Source: a phage
Direction: 5' to 3' (one strand)
Length of the DNA: 64,000 nt
Assembly (NCBI GenBank): GCA_011939005.1
Contig: GCA_011939005.1_4858.1
The notes beneath the pieces are model-generated. The model saw only the letters and a list, made by a program, of their open reading frames with translations, was not told the DNA's origin and ran no database searches. The position numbers and the translations under genes were made by a program. Each line of letters opens with the position of its first letter. The first letter of the stretch is position 1. Below, in pieces: positions 8,952 through 19,185 of this stretch.

Positions 8952-11465
8952 TTAACCCTTGATTATCAGATACTGATTAAGCTGCACTTCGCCATTCAGA
9001 TAACGTTCATTGACGCGGTCTAAGAAAGCAAAGCCAAGTTCGTTGATTTCTACCGTTTCGTACTTCACATGCGGATGCAGTTTCACAAACGCTTTATCGT
9101 AACCGATATAGGCCGGGTCAAACGGCAGGAGGTCTTTATAACGCTCCATGATGTCATCCAGCTGTGACGTCGAGATACGATACTCCGGATCGTCTTCCCG
9201 CAGAATCAGAATACCTTGCAAGTAGTCCCACAAGATTTTGTTCAGGGTTGGCGAATAGAGGTGATACAGATACGGCAACGGTACCGGGTTAACCGGCGGA
9301 GGTGTCGGGAACCAGTTAGACAGGTAAGCCTCGACGCGTGTGTCCAAATCACGGGCAGTGTCGCGCAAGTCGTACGTATCGCCGCTTACCAACGTCCGCA
9401 ACGGAATAGTTGGATCGTCGACCGAGTATGGGAACCCGTCTTGTACGATGTCGACACCTACAGTGTTGTCTTCACGGAACACGACTTCGTCACGCAATAG
9501 CAGTGAACCACCACCCACGACACGAATCACTTTGTCGTCACGGCAATCAAACTGGCTGTTATTAGACAGCAGTCCGTTTGACACGAAACCATGTTTAGGA
9601 ATACGGAGTTCACCGGTCACGCCACGACAACGCACTGAGACTTTATTTGTATCCCCGTCCGCCATCCACGCTTTACAAACCACCACAATTTCCGGCCAGC
9701 GGGTGTGGTAATCGATACCGTGCACCAGTGGGTGGTTGTTCAACCACACTTCGACCGTTTCCATTGGTAACCACAGCGTGCGCTGCTGCCCGTCTTGGTT
9801 GCGTGCTACAATCGGAATACGTATCTGACCTTCCGACACCTTAACATCCACTTCGAAGAACAGATGGAAGTCGTCGTAAATCACTGTCGGGTGACGTCGT
9901 GTCCGATCTACGGTCCAGGTGATTTTATTTCCGTCGCGAGTATAATCCGTTCCTTCCTCGGCTTTGTAGTAGTCGTTGGTTGGAACTTCCCCGATGACCA
10001 TTCGAATCCACAACCCAACGTTTGAACCTGGCTCAATTTCAAAGTCGGGAGCGTTGTCAACAATCTTCACCGCATCCGAGACTTCACCCGCAATAGCCTC
10101 GATGATTCGTGCTTCTGGATTGCGAGGGATGTAAACATCGTAGCCTGCATTACGGTGATGTTCTAACAGCAACCCATCGGCATCGTACTCGTATACAGTT
10201 GACAGCGTTGCCAGTAAGTCGGGCAAAGTACCGCGATAGCCACCGGATGTAAGTTCCAGACGCTGTGGAGTGTCGGCACTGTAACGTGCGGCGGCATTGT
10301 AGCCGTACGCATCAGTGCAGAGATCGCGTGTGATGTTCCGGAGTTTGGCTGCCGCTAACCGATTCGCTGCCGATTCCTCGAGCGCTGCTGCGGTCCACTC
10401 TGGTACGTTGGAGTTTGCCCCCACCATCGCACCGATGATCTGCTCGTCACTAAGACGATAGAGGTCGTGCGTGTGGGTGGAGTTATACAGTGGCTTCAGG
10501 TCAAGGAAATCGTCACGTATCAATAAACGAATCGTTAGTTCGTCGATATCATTCATTGGGTTAGTGAAAGCGGTGCGGTATTTCGAAATCCGCATCGACG
10601 GAATCGATAGATCGTTCCACGTCAATTGTCGTACGGCCATATGGCGGTGACGATGGTAGTAACGTCCCTCACCTTTCCACAACAACTGAATTTCACAGTC
10701 GTTGTTGAAAATCCAAATGCCGTCCCCTTTTGGAATGTGCAGCAGGTATTTTCGTGTTTGATCAAGCGTTGAGTAGAACGTTTGCAAATCCCCACAACGG
10801 TATTCAATCACACGACGAATACGTCCATCGACACGAATTTCAACATCATCCCATGCTTTGATATCCGCGGGCTTAGGATTAGCAATCATCTTTCCGTTTA
10901 CCCAGAAATCGACATAGCCGATTTTCTGGCCTTTCAACAGATTATAACGGTCTAAGACGATCTGGATCTGTTGTGGGTTCGGCGGATTATACGGTTCGAT
11001 GAATGTCGGTTTAACAACAGGAGCGTTTTCGCCGCCATCATTACCAGCATAAATGCGTAGATAACATGGTGTGTCGTCTAACCACTTGTAGCGTTCCGTT
11101 TGTGGAATCGCCATGTAAATCTGACCAGAGAGTGTCCGCCAGAAATACACAGAGTTCGACGGGATAATTGTCCCATCTTCGTTGTACACCTGCATCCACG
11201 CATGGAAGTTATTTACACACGTAGTAAGTTTCTTCCAGCGCTCAGGAGGGATACTCAAGTTGCCGTAGTTGAGGTGGAGCTTGTCAATTACAAACGCGTG
11301 CCACCACCCCTCGCCCGGTAAAGGAATCGGATTACGCCCGTGCTTGAAAAACCCGATCGCTCCGGTCTTTTCAGTTAATCGAAAAGGCGCAATGTTCAAC
11401 ACCCCATCGAGGTACGGACGCTGCCACGCATTTTTAACGGCGTGAGCGACCAGCCAGTTCTCCAT
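8952..11465 (-). CDS. Hypothetical protein, 837 aa (probable virion/structural by context)
   Basis: Long ORF, SD aagagg 6 nt upstream. Confidence 0.6.
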   Translation of the reverse strand: MENWLVAHAVKNAWQRPYLDGVLNIAPFRLTEKTGAIGFFKHGRNPIPLPGEGWWHAFVIDKLHLNYGNLSIPPERWKKLTTCVNNFHAWMQVYNEDGTIIPSNSVYFWRTLSGQIYMAIPQTERYKWLDDTPCYLRIYAGNDGGENAPVVKPTFIEPYNPPNPQQIQIVLDRYNLLKGQKIGYVDFWVNGKMIANPKPADIKAWDDVEIRVDGRIRRVIEYRCGDLQTFYSTLDQTRKYLLHIPKGDGIWIFNNDCEIQLLWKGEGRYYHRHRHMAVRQLTWNDLSIPSMRISKYRTAFTNPMNDIDELTIRLLIRDDFLDLKPLYNSTHTHDLYRLSDEQIIGAMVGANSNVPEWTAAALEESAANRLAAAKLRNITRDLCTDAYGYNAAARYSADTPQRLELTSGGYRGTLPDLLATLSTVYEYDADGLLLEHHRNAGYDVYIPRNPEARIIEAIAGEVSDAVKIVDNAPDFEIEPGSNVGLWIRMVIGEVPTNDYYKAEEGTDYTRDGNKITWTVDRTRRHPTVIYDDFHLFFEVDVKVSEGQIRIPIVARNQDGQQRTLWLPMETVEVWLNNHPLVHGIDYHTRWPEIVVVCKAWMADGDTNKVSVRCRGVTGELRIPKHGFVSNGLLSNNSQFDCRDDKVIRVVGGGSLLLRDEVVFREDNTVGVDIVQDGFPYSVDDPTIPLRTLVSGDTYDLRDTARDLDTRVEAYLSNWFPTPPPVNPVPLPYLYHLYSPTLNKILWDYLQGILILREDDPEYRISTSQLDDIMERYKDLLPFDPAYIGYDKAFVKLHPHVKYETVEINELGFAFLDRVNERYLNGEVQLNQYLIIKG

Positions 11466-11475
11466 AGTGGGCCTC

Positions 11476-12381
11476 TTACTTGATGTTCAGTGGTTTGGTG
11501 TTTTGATTCATCAGAAGGTTGTATGTGAATTCAAACTTATCGCGTTTCTTAGCGGTGTCTGACTTCTTCACAATCCCACCTAACCGACTGCGGTTAAACA
11601 TGTTATTATCCAGACAAGCCTTAATCATAACGAAGAGACTAGGCGGATATTCGATGGCGCTGGTAGCGAGTTGTTTTTCATAACTCACCCCGAAGAAGCT
11701 GGTATTCAACATCTGCTGCAGAGACAGAATGCTCAGGTCACGCACCCGCGGAGTGATATCTGCAGCCTGCACCATTTCGACGAATTCTGCGATATTACGC
11801 GGGAAAAGATATTCTGTGTGGCCTGTCACTGATTCAAACAGTTCCGCAGGTAAGCCTAATTGTTGCTCCAGCATCTGCTGCAAACGTAAAGCTTTCACAT
11901 CATCTTCGACGTGATTATAGAACTGTCCCACAGAGAACAATGCAGCCAACGCTTTGATTTGCCCACTTTGATATGGAGCAAGTGCAAACGTGTGGGTAAT
12001 CGCATCCGACACCCATTTGCTGAAAATCTCATGGTGGTAGGGCATCTGTGCCATCAGTGCAGCAAGCTTACCATTACTCCGTTTCCACACCAATTCCCAG
12101 CGAGCCTGGTCGAGACGCAATGCGTGTTCGACTGGGTTTCGTATTTTTAGCTCGTTGGTCTTATCCAGCGTGGTAAACGTGGCTGCGTATACATAAACGT
12201 CGTCGCCGATAACAATCGGCAAAGGAAACGGTTTTACATCAGCGGTCTCAACAACGTAATGAACTTCATCGGACTGTGAGACAGTTTGGTTAAGTTTACG
12301 GGCTAATTCCAGGTCTGCCTTGGTGCGAGTAAGGTCAAGTGCATTAAAGGGATTACCGCTGTAAGCGTTTTCGAGTGCCAT
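11476..12381 (-). CDS. Hypothetical protein (about 301 aa; start taken at ATG 12381 rather than 12543)
   Basis: ATG at 12381 preceded by SD taagga; the longer ORF to 12543 would overlap the divergent gene by 105 nt and has a non-protein-like N-terminus. Confidence 0.5.
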   Translation of the reverse strand: MALENAYSGNPFNALDLTRTKADLELARKLNQTVSQSDEVHYVVETADVKPFPLPIVIGDDVYVYAATFTTLDKTNELKIRNPVEHALRLDQARWELVWKRSNGKLAALMAQMPYHHEIFSKWVSDAITHTFALAPYQSGQIKALAALFSVGQFYNHVEDDVKALRLQQMLEQQLGLPAELFESVTGHTEYLFPRNIAEFVEMVQAADITPRVRDLSILSLQQMLNTSFFGVSYEKQLATSAIEYPPSLFVMIKACLDNNMFNRSRLGGIVKKSDTAKKRDKFEFTYNLLMNQNTKPLNIK

Positions 12382-12438
12382 GAGTATGATCCTTAGTATG
12401 ACCATCAGGTCTTTAAGACGAATATATGGAGACGTTCC

Positions 12439-14484
12439 ATGACTTTTATTCCACGAAACGGCGCGCCGTTGAATAACAAGCAAGGTTGGCAGGATAACTC
12501 TGTCCCCGAGCTTGTGCGTACCCCTACGGGTGACGCAATTCATAAGCCGCTGATCTTCACCTTTGCCGCGCGCGGGGTAGACAACGAGGCGTTCCCGTTA
12601 ACCGGGGATAATGCACTGTCTCTGCTTGGTCGCAATGTCTTTGACTTGCGAGGCCCCTACGCGACGTTCAACACGCCCTATCAGGCGATGTTCAACGCTA
12701 ACGCAAACGAGTGTATGTATCAGCGCTTGATCCCTGAAGATGCGAAAACCGCAAGTGTTCGCGTATTCGCCGACGTACTCGAAACGAAAGTTCCGTCCTA
12801 CGAACGCGACAGCAACGGGATCGTTCAGTACGACAACTCGGGCAAGCCCAAGATCAAAGAACAAGTTGACGGTTTGGTAATCGTCTTCCGTTCTGTCGTA
12901 ATCGACGAAACTACCCCGGCCATCGGCGCAGGTGTGGTTATCGAGGGGACGATGACTGGCGAAGGCGGCACGAAATCGAAGCTGTATCCGTTGTTCGATA
13001 TCGCAGGCCCGTATGCGGGTGCTGACGTCAACGGTTTCGGTTTCAAACTGATCCCACTCAGCGAGAAATCCAGCCCGGCTCTGACCTCCTCCTATCAAAA
13101 TGAAGTCGGTGGTCGTGTTTACACCCTGCAATGGTTCGAAACCCTGGCAGGTGTGACTTCTCCGGTAGTGTGGAAAACTCTCACTGGCATGAGTAGCATC
13201 AATTTTAGCTTTAAGCCCGATGCATACTATCAGCCGATGAGAACGCAACTCGACTTCGAAGTTGTTGTTGCGGATGCATATCGTCAGACGATGCCTGACA
13301 TTGGCGAGCTGCCAGATTATGGTCCTTTCGAGCAGTTCTATCTGTATCGCGAGAACCTGGAAACTGTACTGGGCTTGGCTCAGGCCGCTATCACAACTGA
13401 TGCGCCTGCTGACCCGTATATGGTTGACATCTTTGGCGGCTATGATTTACTGGGCCAGCCTTACGATGGTCTTCAGGTAAACCCGGCTACTGAAACCGGT
13501 AAAGTTGTGTTCTCCGCATCCAACATCCACTACCTGCAAGGTGGTAGCGATGGTACCATGAACAACGACGTTTACGACGAACTCGTTCGCCGTGAAATGC
13601 TGCTGTTCCCGGATGGCGGTAAAGTCCGTTACGACAACGAGCTGAAATACTCGCTGGGTTGTTTCTGGGACTCTGGCTTTAGCTTCGATACTAAAGCTGC
13701 GCTCGTGAACTTCATCGGTCGTTCACGTAACACCTTCTTGACGCTGGCGACTCACGTTTACAGCCAAGGCCGTAACGATGAGCAGACAGAAGAAAGTGCA
13801 AAAATCGCCCTGATCGAATTGATCACAGCGGTACCGGAATCTGCCTATTACGGCACTCCGGCTGCACGTGGTATGGTCACCGGCCAATCGGCGTTCATCA
13901 AGAACTCTTCCTACAAGAAGCCTGTTCCGATGAACTACTCCCTGGCGAACTTCTTCTCGAAGTACCTGGGTGCAGGCGACGGTCGTGCAAAACCGGCTTA
14001 TCGTTTCAGCCGTGGCGAACTGACGATTATCGAAGATCTGACTGACCTGAGTATGCCGTGGAAAGGCAACGAAGTGTATGCGTCTGACTGGGATGTGTCG
14101 CTGATCACTGCCCGTTCCTACGACTACTATCGCTTGTTCATTCCGGCGATTCAGTCAATCTACAGCGAAGATCGTTCTGTACTGAACAACGCCCTGTTCA
14201 ACTTCATGATGACCTACGTCTATCGTGTTTCCGACCGTGTATGGGCGGACATGTCTGGCGAAGCGGCCATGACAGATGATGAACGTGCGAAGATGATTGA
14301 GAACAAAATTATCGAACGTCTGGAAGGCCGTCTCGATAACGTTGCTGTCGTCACTCCGAAGGCGTACTTCACTGCAGACGATAAATCCAATGGTTACTCT
14401 GTGACGCTGGACCTGATCGCTGAAGGCGGTGTGCTGCTCACCCAGTTCAACACCACTATCAAAGTTTACCGTCGGGAGAGCTAA
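12439..14484 (+). CDS. Major virion protein, tail sheath-like candidate (681 aa)
   Basis: Strong SD ggaga; size and pairing with a following ~32-kDa gene match the sheath/tube arrangement of phiKZ-type myophages (size analogy only). Confidence 0.4.
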   Translation: MTFIPRNGAPLNNKQGWQDNSVPELVRTPTGDAIHKPLIFTFAARGVDNEAFPLTGDNALSLLGRNVFDLRGPYATFNTPYQAMFNANANECMYQRLIPEDAKTASVRVFADVLETKVPSYERDSNGIVQYDNSGKPKIKEQVDGLVIVFRSVVIDETTPAIGAGVVIEGTMTGEGGTKSKLYPLFDIAGPYAGADVNGFGFKLIPLSEKSSPALTSSYQNEVGGRVYTLQWFETLAGVTSPVVWKTLTGMSSINFSFKPDAYYQPMRTQLDFEVVVADAYRQTMPDIGELPDYGPFEQFYLYRENLETVLGLAQAAITTDAPADPYMVDIFGGYDLLGQPYDGLQVNPATETGKVVFSASNIHYLQGGSDGTMNNDVYDELVRREMLLFPDGGKVRYDNELKYSLGCFWDSGFSFDTKAALVNFIGRSRNTFLTLATHVYSQGRNDEQTEESAKIALIELITAVPESAYYGTPAARGMVTGQSAFIKNSSYKKPVPMNYSLANFFSKYLGAGDGRAKPAYRFSRGELTIIEDLTDLSMPWKGNEVYASDWDVSLITARSYDYYRLFIPAIQSIYSEDRSVLNNALFNFMMTYVYRVSDRVWADMSGEAAMTDDERAKMIENKIIERLEGRLDNVAVVTPKAYFTADDKSNGYSVTLDLIAEGGVLLTQFNTTIKVYRRES

Positions 14485-14487
14485 TAG

Positions 14488-15363
14488 ATGGCAATCAAAG
14501 ATCGTCTCATTTTGCCTGATCAGGGTCTGCACGTCGACGGCGGCCAGTACGATATGGTCAACGCGTTCTCCTCGGGCCAAAACGGCCCGGTTGGACAGGT
14601 TGGCAAGTTCGTTACTAACGCCTCTCGTCTGCGTCGTAACGTCATTGCGCGCGTCATGGAATTCCCTCGTTGGGTGGATTACATGCCGAACCCACAGATG
14701 TGGCGTCAGGCTATCAAGTCCTTTATCGAGGTTCACTCCGAGATTACTGGCCTGGATAAAACCCTGAGCCATGCGGCTGTTGAAACTCAGCAGGGTCGTA
14801 ACAACCGTACCCAGTATGAAGCTGGTCTGGTAACGGAAGCACTGTCCTCTGTTACCTTCACCACCCCGGATAAACTCGGGAAGGTGTACCAAAACATGCT
14901 GTGGGCGTGGCTGGTTTACGGTGTTTGTGATCCCCAGACTGGTCACCCGGGCCTGGCCGCAATCAACCCGAACGTTCCTGACCACCTGCCGGATATGTAC
15001 AGCATGACCGTGCTGTTCATCGAGCCAGATGCGTATCAGCGTAAACCGCAGAATGCGTGGTGGTTAACGAACATGATTCCGGAAACCGCTGGCCAGGATA
15101 TCGGTGAGCGTGAAACCAACACCGGTCCGCAGATTAACGAACTGTCAATCGCCTTTACCTCCCAGCAATGGACAGGTTGGGGTCCGATGCAGGCCGCTGC
15201 GAAAGAGCTGGATCGTATGAAGCTGTACGGTCTGCGTCCTTACGAACGCAAACTGTGGCTTACTCCGTCTCAGCAGACCGACGGTATCAACCCGGACGTC
15301 AACGCAACCCCAGGTGGTTACAACTCTGTCTCCGACGAGCAGATGGCCAACCAGATGCGCTAA
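14488..15363 (+). CDS. Tail tube-like candidate (291 aa)
   Basis: Strong SD gggagag, 3 nt after upstream stop, followed by strong terminator; identity by size/context only. Confidence 0.35.
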   Translation: MAIKDRLILPDQGLHVDGGQYDMVNAFSSGQNGPVGQVGKFVTNASRLRRNVIARVMEFPRWVDYMPNPQMWRQAIKSFIEVHSEITGLDKTLSHAAVETQQGRNNRTQYEAGLVTEALSSVTFTTPDKLGKVYQNMLWAWLVYGVCDPQTGHPGLAAINPNVPDHLPDMYSMTVLFIEPDAYQRKPQNAWWLTNMIPETAGQDIGERETNTGPQINELSIAFTSQQWTGWGPMQAAAKELDRMKLYGLRPYERKLWLTPSQQTDGINPDVNATPGGYNSVSDEQMANQMR

Positions 15364-15365
15364 GA

Positions 15366-15421
15366 CAAAAAAAAACAAGCGTTACCTCTCTCCATTTGGA
15401 GAGAGGTACGTTTTATTTTTT
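15366..15421. terminator. Bidirectional intrinsic terminator (hairpin 15380-15410) after sheath/tube-like gene pair
   Basis: 13-bp stem with one bulge, A9 run upstream and T-rich run 15411-15421 downstream. Confidence 0.75.
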
Positions 15422-15955
15422 CGGTTGGCTAGCATCAATTTCACGCTGCGCATTAGCACGAATTAATAGGTTCTTAATTTGCAGCAGTAACAGATAAGTT
15501 ACGAGCACATCGAACTCAGACGGTGGTTGAACGTCACCTAGGTCAGGATGGGCAATCTTCCAGAGAGACATCCCGTCTTTATAACCTTGCCCCGATTCGG
15601 CCGCGAGAATGTCGTTGGCAGACATGCTAATGAGTTCGTGTTCCAGCCGACGGAGTACCTCGTCACCCAGCTCTACTTGCAACAAGCACTTAAAGCGGAT
15701 GATAAAGCCCGCGATAATACGCCCGCTACTACCTTTGGTGATCGTGTCGAGAAAACGCTGGTAGCCGTTGATGGTGTGCGGAATAATCTCAACCGGATAT
15801 TCGGCAATGGTTTCGAATGCGTCTTCCAGTATAGCTTTCATGGACAACGTAAACACGTCACCGATTTGATTGATGTGTCGAATGATGTCTTCACGTTTCA
15901 TATCAGACGGGATCGGTTTGATATCGTCCTGACCGAGAGTATTGAGTTGTTTCAT
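15413..15955 (-). CDS. Hypothetical protein, 180 aa
   Basis: ORF with SD ggag 5 nt upstream. Confidence 0.6.
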   Translation of the reverse strand: MKQLNTLGQDDIKPIPSDMKREDIIRHINQIGDVFTLSMKAILEDAFETIAEYPVEIIPHTINGYQRFLDTITKGSSGRIIAGFIIRFKCLLQVELGDEVLRRLEHELISMSANDILAAESGQGYKDGMSLWKIAHPDLGDVQPPSEFDVLVTYLLLLQIKNLLIRANAQREIDASQPKK

Positions 15956-15970
15956 TGTAGCTCCAAAATC

Positions 15971-16003
15971 AAAAAAAATAGGGCAGTCATAAGACCACCC
16001 TAA
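15971..16003 (-). terminator. Weak terminator-like hairpin plus U-tract immediately upstream of SD of gene 15413-15955
   Basis: Imperfect stem taggg..cccta with A8 run on plus strand; weak. Confidence 0.3.
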
Positions 16004-16011
16004 TGTTTTCT

Positions 16012-16374
16012 TTAGAGGAAGCCTTTTTCTTTCAAGGCTTCTTCAATGATTTCTGCAATGTGCGCAGCACGTGTTTCACCGCCGTCGGCATCAGGCCCGA
16101 ACTCTTCCGGGTCAAAATCCTGCAAGGCGTCTACGATAACTTGTTTCGCGTTTTCTGACTGTGACATGGTGTATTCCTCTCGATAAAATTTAGGATTAGC
16201 AGCAAGCGCAATAGGCGCAGGCATAGGTTTAGGGAAGGTGACGGTGAGACCGATTTCCTCGTGTGACGCAATGGTGCCATCCCAACGTAACCCAGTAGCA
16301 GGATTCACATTAGGATGGCATTCCACTTTAGCCCCGAGTAGCTCAGCGAGTTCCTTTGGGCTGGACGGAATCAT
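16012..16374 (-). CDS. Hypothetical protein, 120 aa
   Basis: ORF in operon context. Confidence 0.5.
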   Translation of the reverse strand: MIPSSPKELAELLGAKVECHPNVNPATGLRWDGTIASHEEIGLTVTFPKPMPAPIALAANPKFYREEYTMSQSENAKQVIVDALQDFDPEEFGPDADGGETRAAHIAEIIEEALKEKGFL

Positions 16375-16862
16375 TATTCGTCGTCTTCGTCTTCTTCATC
16401 AGTTGCCATCATGGACTTGGCAAACTCTTTACGCAGCTTGCCTTCCAACGCTTTAGACTTCGGAGAACCGAAACCGTAAGAGATGGACGCTGCCCATTCT
16501 TTCTGAGTTGGGTTTTCAGTAACCGGGCGAGAGAACACGGTAGAGAATGCTGCGTTACCGATATCCAGCGTTAAGTCCAGTGCACCGATATCGCTATCCG
16601 CTTTCGCACGGTCAGCAATCAGACCACCGGCAATGCCACCGAACAGTTCAGTGAAGTTTGCGTCGTGCTGTCGCAGAGCGTCCGCGTCTTCCAGTGTGAA
16701 GCGATAGTCCACATCCCCAACTTTCGTTACGGGGAGTGTTTCTTCGTAAATCTTAACCAGCGGGTCGGCGTTCAGCGCCAGGTCTTCGGACAGGGTTGCT
16801 GCCGGCGTGTCCAGTTCAGCGATCAGTTTGTGCAGTGCTTTCATTGAAGTTACTTCAGCCAT
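16374..16862 (-). CDS. Hypothetical acidic protein, 162 aa (C-terminal DEEDEDDE tail)
   Basis: ORF; acidic tail. Confidence 0.55.
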   Translation of the reverse strand: MAEVTSMKALHKLIAELDTPAATLSEDLALNADPLVKIYEETLPVTKVGDVDYRFTLEDADALRQHDANFTELFGGIAGGLIADRAKADSDIGALDLTLDIGNAAFSTVFSRPVTENPTQKEWAASISYGFGSPKSKALEGKLRKEFAKSMMATDEEDEDDE

Positions 16863-16888
16863 CTTAATATTCCTTAAGGTCAGTGTGA

Positions 16889-17560
16889 TTAATCGTGTGA
16901 AAGACGAGCTTCGAGGTCGTCGATAATGGTATCTGTGAAATAGCTAATATCTAGCTGCTCCACGAAATCCCTGCGTTCCAGAATGCGCTCTGCGAAGAGC
17001 GTACCGTACCAACTAGGGATATTACTAATACCGTTGCGTCCGAACTTCTGTTGGACGTGACCAACGGCATGGAATTTTGCATCGCCTTTACTTTTACCCT
17101 GTTCACGGGCAAACAGATAAGAACGGTGCATGTAATTGCTCACGTCATCTACAGACGGTATACCACGGTCAGCTGCGGCAACTATCTCAGAGACAATCCC
17201 GTTGTAGTTCCCTTTGTGAGAACTGCGGTGTTCTAAGACTGCATGGGCAATCGTCAAACATTCATCATCGGTAAGTTTATACTTACGTTTGAGCACTGGC
17301 TTGTTATCCAGTATCCAGCTATACCCTTTGATGTGGTGCGACGCACGGTCTTCTTTGGTAGAGAAGATATCGTGAGCTGCCACCGCAATCAGTATCAGCT
17401 TCAGGTGTTCGGTTTGCCCAAGCATATACGCGATACGAATCGCATTTGATTTAACTGAGTTGATGTGATCCATGCGATGCGCACTATCGGTATAACGATA
17501 GAAGTCGCGGAATTGACGAACCAGTTTTTCCCAAAGTTTGTTGAGTTCAGTGCCCTGCAT
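16889..17560 (-). CDS. HD-domain phosphohydrolase
   Basis: Ordered motifs H (AHRMDH), HD (AVAAHDIF), H (HHIKG), H (EHRSSHKG), D (AAADRG). Confidence 0.7.
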   Translation of the reverse strand: MQGTELNKLWEKLVRQFRDFYRYTDSAHRMDHINSVKSNAIRIAYMLGQTEHLKLILIAVAAHDIFSTKEDRASHHIKGYSWILDNKPVLKRKYKLTDDECLTIAHAVLEHRSSHKGNYNGIVSEIVAAADRGIPSVDDVSNYMHRSYLFAREQGKSKGDAKFHAVGHVQQKFGRNGISNIPSWYGTLFAERILERRDFVEQLDISYFTDTIIDDLEARLSHD

Positions 17561-17594
17561 GTAAATATTCCTTACGGTAATGGTCGATTAACTA

Positions 17595-17984
17595 CTAAGA
17601 AAATGTGTGGTAACAACGTGTCAGTGTAACCTTCACGTTATCAGAATGGTCTTCGTTGGTATACAACACCGGCCAGATAATGTTATCAGACGAAAGCGCC
17701 TTTGATAACCCTTCAATCAATTCCTTCATTGAGGTTCCCTTCAGCCGATGGGTCGTACGCCACCTGTGTGACGTCATACGGCTATAAACCACCATATCTG
17801 GTGTAAGGGTACTACTTTCCTCTTTAATCTCCTCTAAACGCTTCTCCTCGCTTTCTACGAAGCTTAGTAAAGCATCTGGATTTCGAACAAACTCACCGAA
17901 ACGATCGTCTCGGCGCAAGCCACAAAGAACCCACAGCGTGAATGGGTCTCTGCACGCATCTACTAACCCTTCTGCGATTTTCAT
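17595..17984 (-). CDS. Hypothetical protein, 129 aa
   Basis: ORF in operon context. Confidence 0.5.
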   Translation of the reverse strand: MKIAEGLVDACRDPFTLWVLCGLRRDDRFGEFVRNPDALLSFVESEEKRLEEIKEESSTLTPDMVVYSRMTSHRWRTTHRLKGTSMKELIEGLSKALSSDNIIWPVLYTNEDHSDNVKVTLTRCYHTFS

Positions 17985-18038
17985 TTTATTCCTTCCTACA
18001 CAGTCAAAGGATTTGTACGATTCGTGATTTTTGAGAGA

Positions 18039-18437
18039 TCAGATTAGCTGCTCAGCGCGCAAACGTCGCAAAGTGTTCGTTGCTGTAACCAGAACGTCCT
18101 GCAGCTCTTGCATCGCTTCACCAGTAAAGAACGCTTTAAGGTGCTGGTCGCTAGTGATGAGTCCGCCGTATTTGTACGGTAGGTCTGTAATATCACAGAC
18201 GATGGGATTTTTTGCTCGCCACGTTTCATCAGCAACAAGAATAAGAAACTTCCAGGCGTCTTGATTGCCGAGCGATTCACCGGTTTCTGGCTTGTAGAGT
18301 TCTTTTAAACGTTTATCGCGCTCGGAGATAAGGTATTCGTCATCAGTCAACAGACGAATTAAATCGGCTTCATTGCTCTCGGCTTTAGCACAAAGCATCA
18401 TGGCAACAAACGGGTCTTGGCGTAGTTGGTTAGTCAT
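18039..18437 (-). CDS. Hypothetical protein, 132 aa
   Basis: ORF with SD aaggag. Confidence 0.55.
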   Translation of the reverse strand: MTNQLRQDPFVAMMLCAKAESNEADLIRLLTDDEYLISERDKRLKELYKPETGESLGNQDAWKFLILVADETWRAKNPIVCDITDLPYKYGGLITSDQHLKAFFTGEAMQELQDVLVTATNTLRRLRAEQLI

Positions 18438-18530
18438 TGTAAATACTCCTTCTGGGTAATAGTCGATTAAAGCGTTAACGTGTAACGCTCACCTAAGTAA
18501 TATATATCTCAGTTCTTTTTGAATGCAATT

Positions 18531-18574
18531 AATAAAATAAAAAGGCTCACCCGTATCCGAAGATAGGATGAGCC
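18531..18574 (-). terminator. Intrinsic terminator (imperfect hairpin 18544-18574 with UUCG loop on minus RNA)
   Basis: Stem with internal bulge, loop cgaa on plus = UUCG on minus RNA, A-rich run 18531-18543 on plus. Confidence 0.55.
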
Positions 18575-18583
18575 TAGTGGAGC

Positions 18584-19132
18584 TTAGACTTGCAGTAGTG
18601 TCCCCGAGTGAGTAATCGGGTCATTGTAGAACGCTTCACACTGGAGGCAAATGCCATCAATGTTCGGTTCTTCAGTTCGCGACCATATTGCCGCGCCACC
18701 TTGCAAAATCCATTCTCGACAGTTACGACCATAATCGTCGACAAGCAAATTACCTCGCGAGGCGTAAGCTTTCTTCTGCCCTGAACTTTCGGTGACGATG
18801 ACTTTGTCAGCTGGCACCCCAAAGTGCTTCATGAACCATCGTTGTTTTGAATCCACAACCAATTGGTGGTCGTAGTGATCTTCTGACCCAGAGGTGAGTA
18901 TTGCCCAACTGTCGCAAAGTCTATCTACCGTTTCCAGGATTCGCTCTACACCCTCAATTGGTTCGAGTTTGTAAAACAAGTCAGGATCGTTCTGATACAT
19001 CGAACGAACCAAACTACGACGGCGGAGTTCAGGTAATGCGTTAAACTCTTTAATCGTCATTCCGGGAAAATGTGTGGATAAAACGTATTTACGCCAGCGT
19101 GCAAAAACGCCATCGCTATCCAGATAAAACAT
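18584..19132 (-). CDS. HAD-superfamily 5'(3')-deoxyribonucleotidase-like protein (start at ATG 19132)
   Basis: N-terminal MFYLDSDGV (DxDGV motif I) and LLVDDYGRN (motif IV DD); SD aagga before ATG 19132; ORF-track start 19177 lacks SD. Confidence 0.55.
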   Translation of the reverse strand: MFYLDSDGVFARWRKYVLSTHFPGMTIKEFNALPELRRRSLVRSMYQNDPDLFYKLEPIEGVERILETVDRLCDSWAILTSGSEDHYDHQLVVDSKQRWFMKHFGVPADKVIVTESSGQKKAYASRGNLLVDDYGRNCREWILQGGAAIWSRTEEPNIDGICLQCEAFYNDPITHSGTLLQV

Positions 19133-19185
19133 CTTCTTGTCCTTATTTTGTTCCCCAACACATGAAACCAACGTCATGTAAAAAA

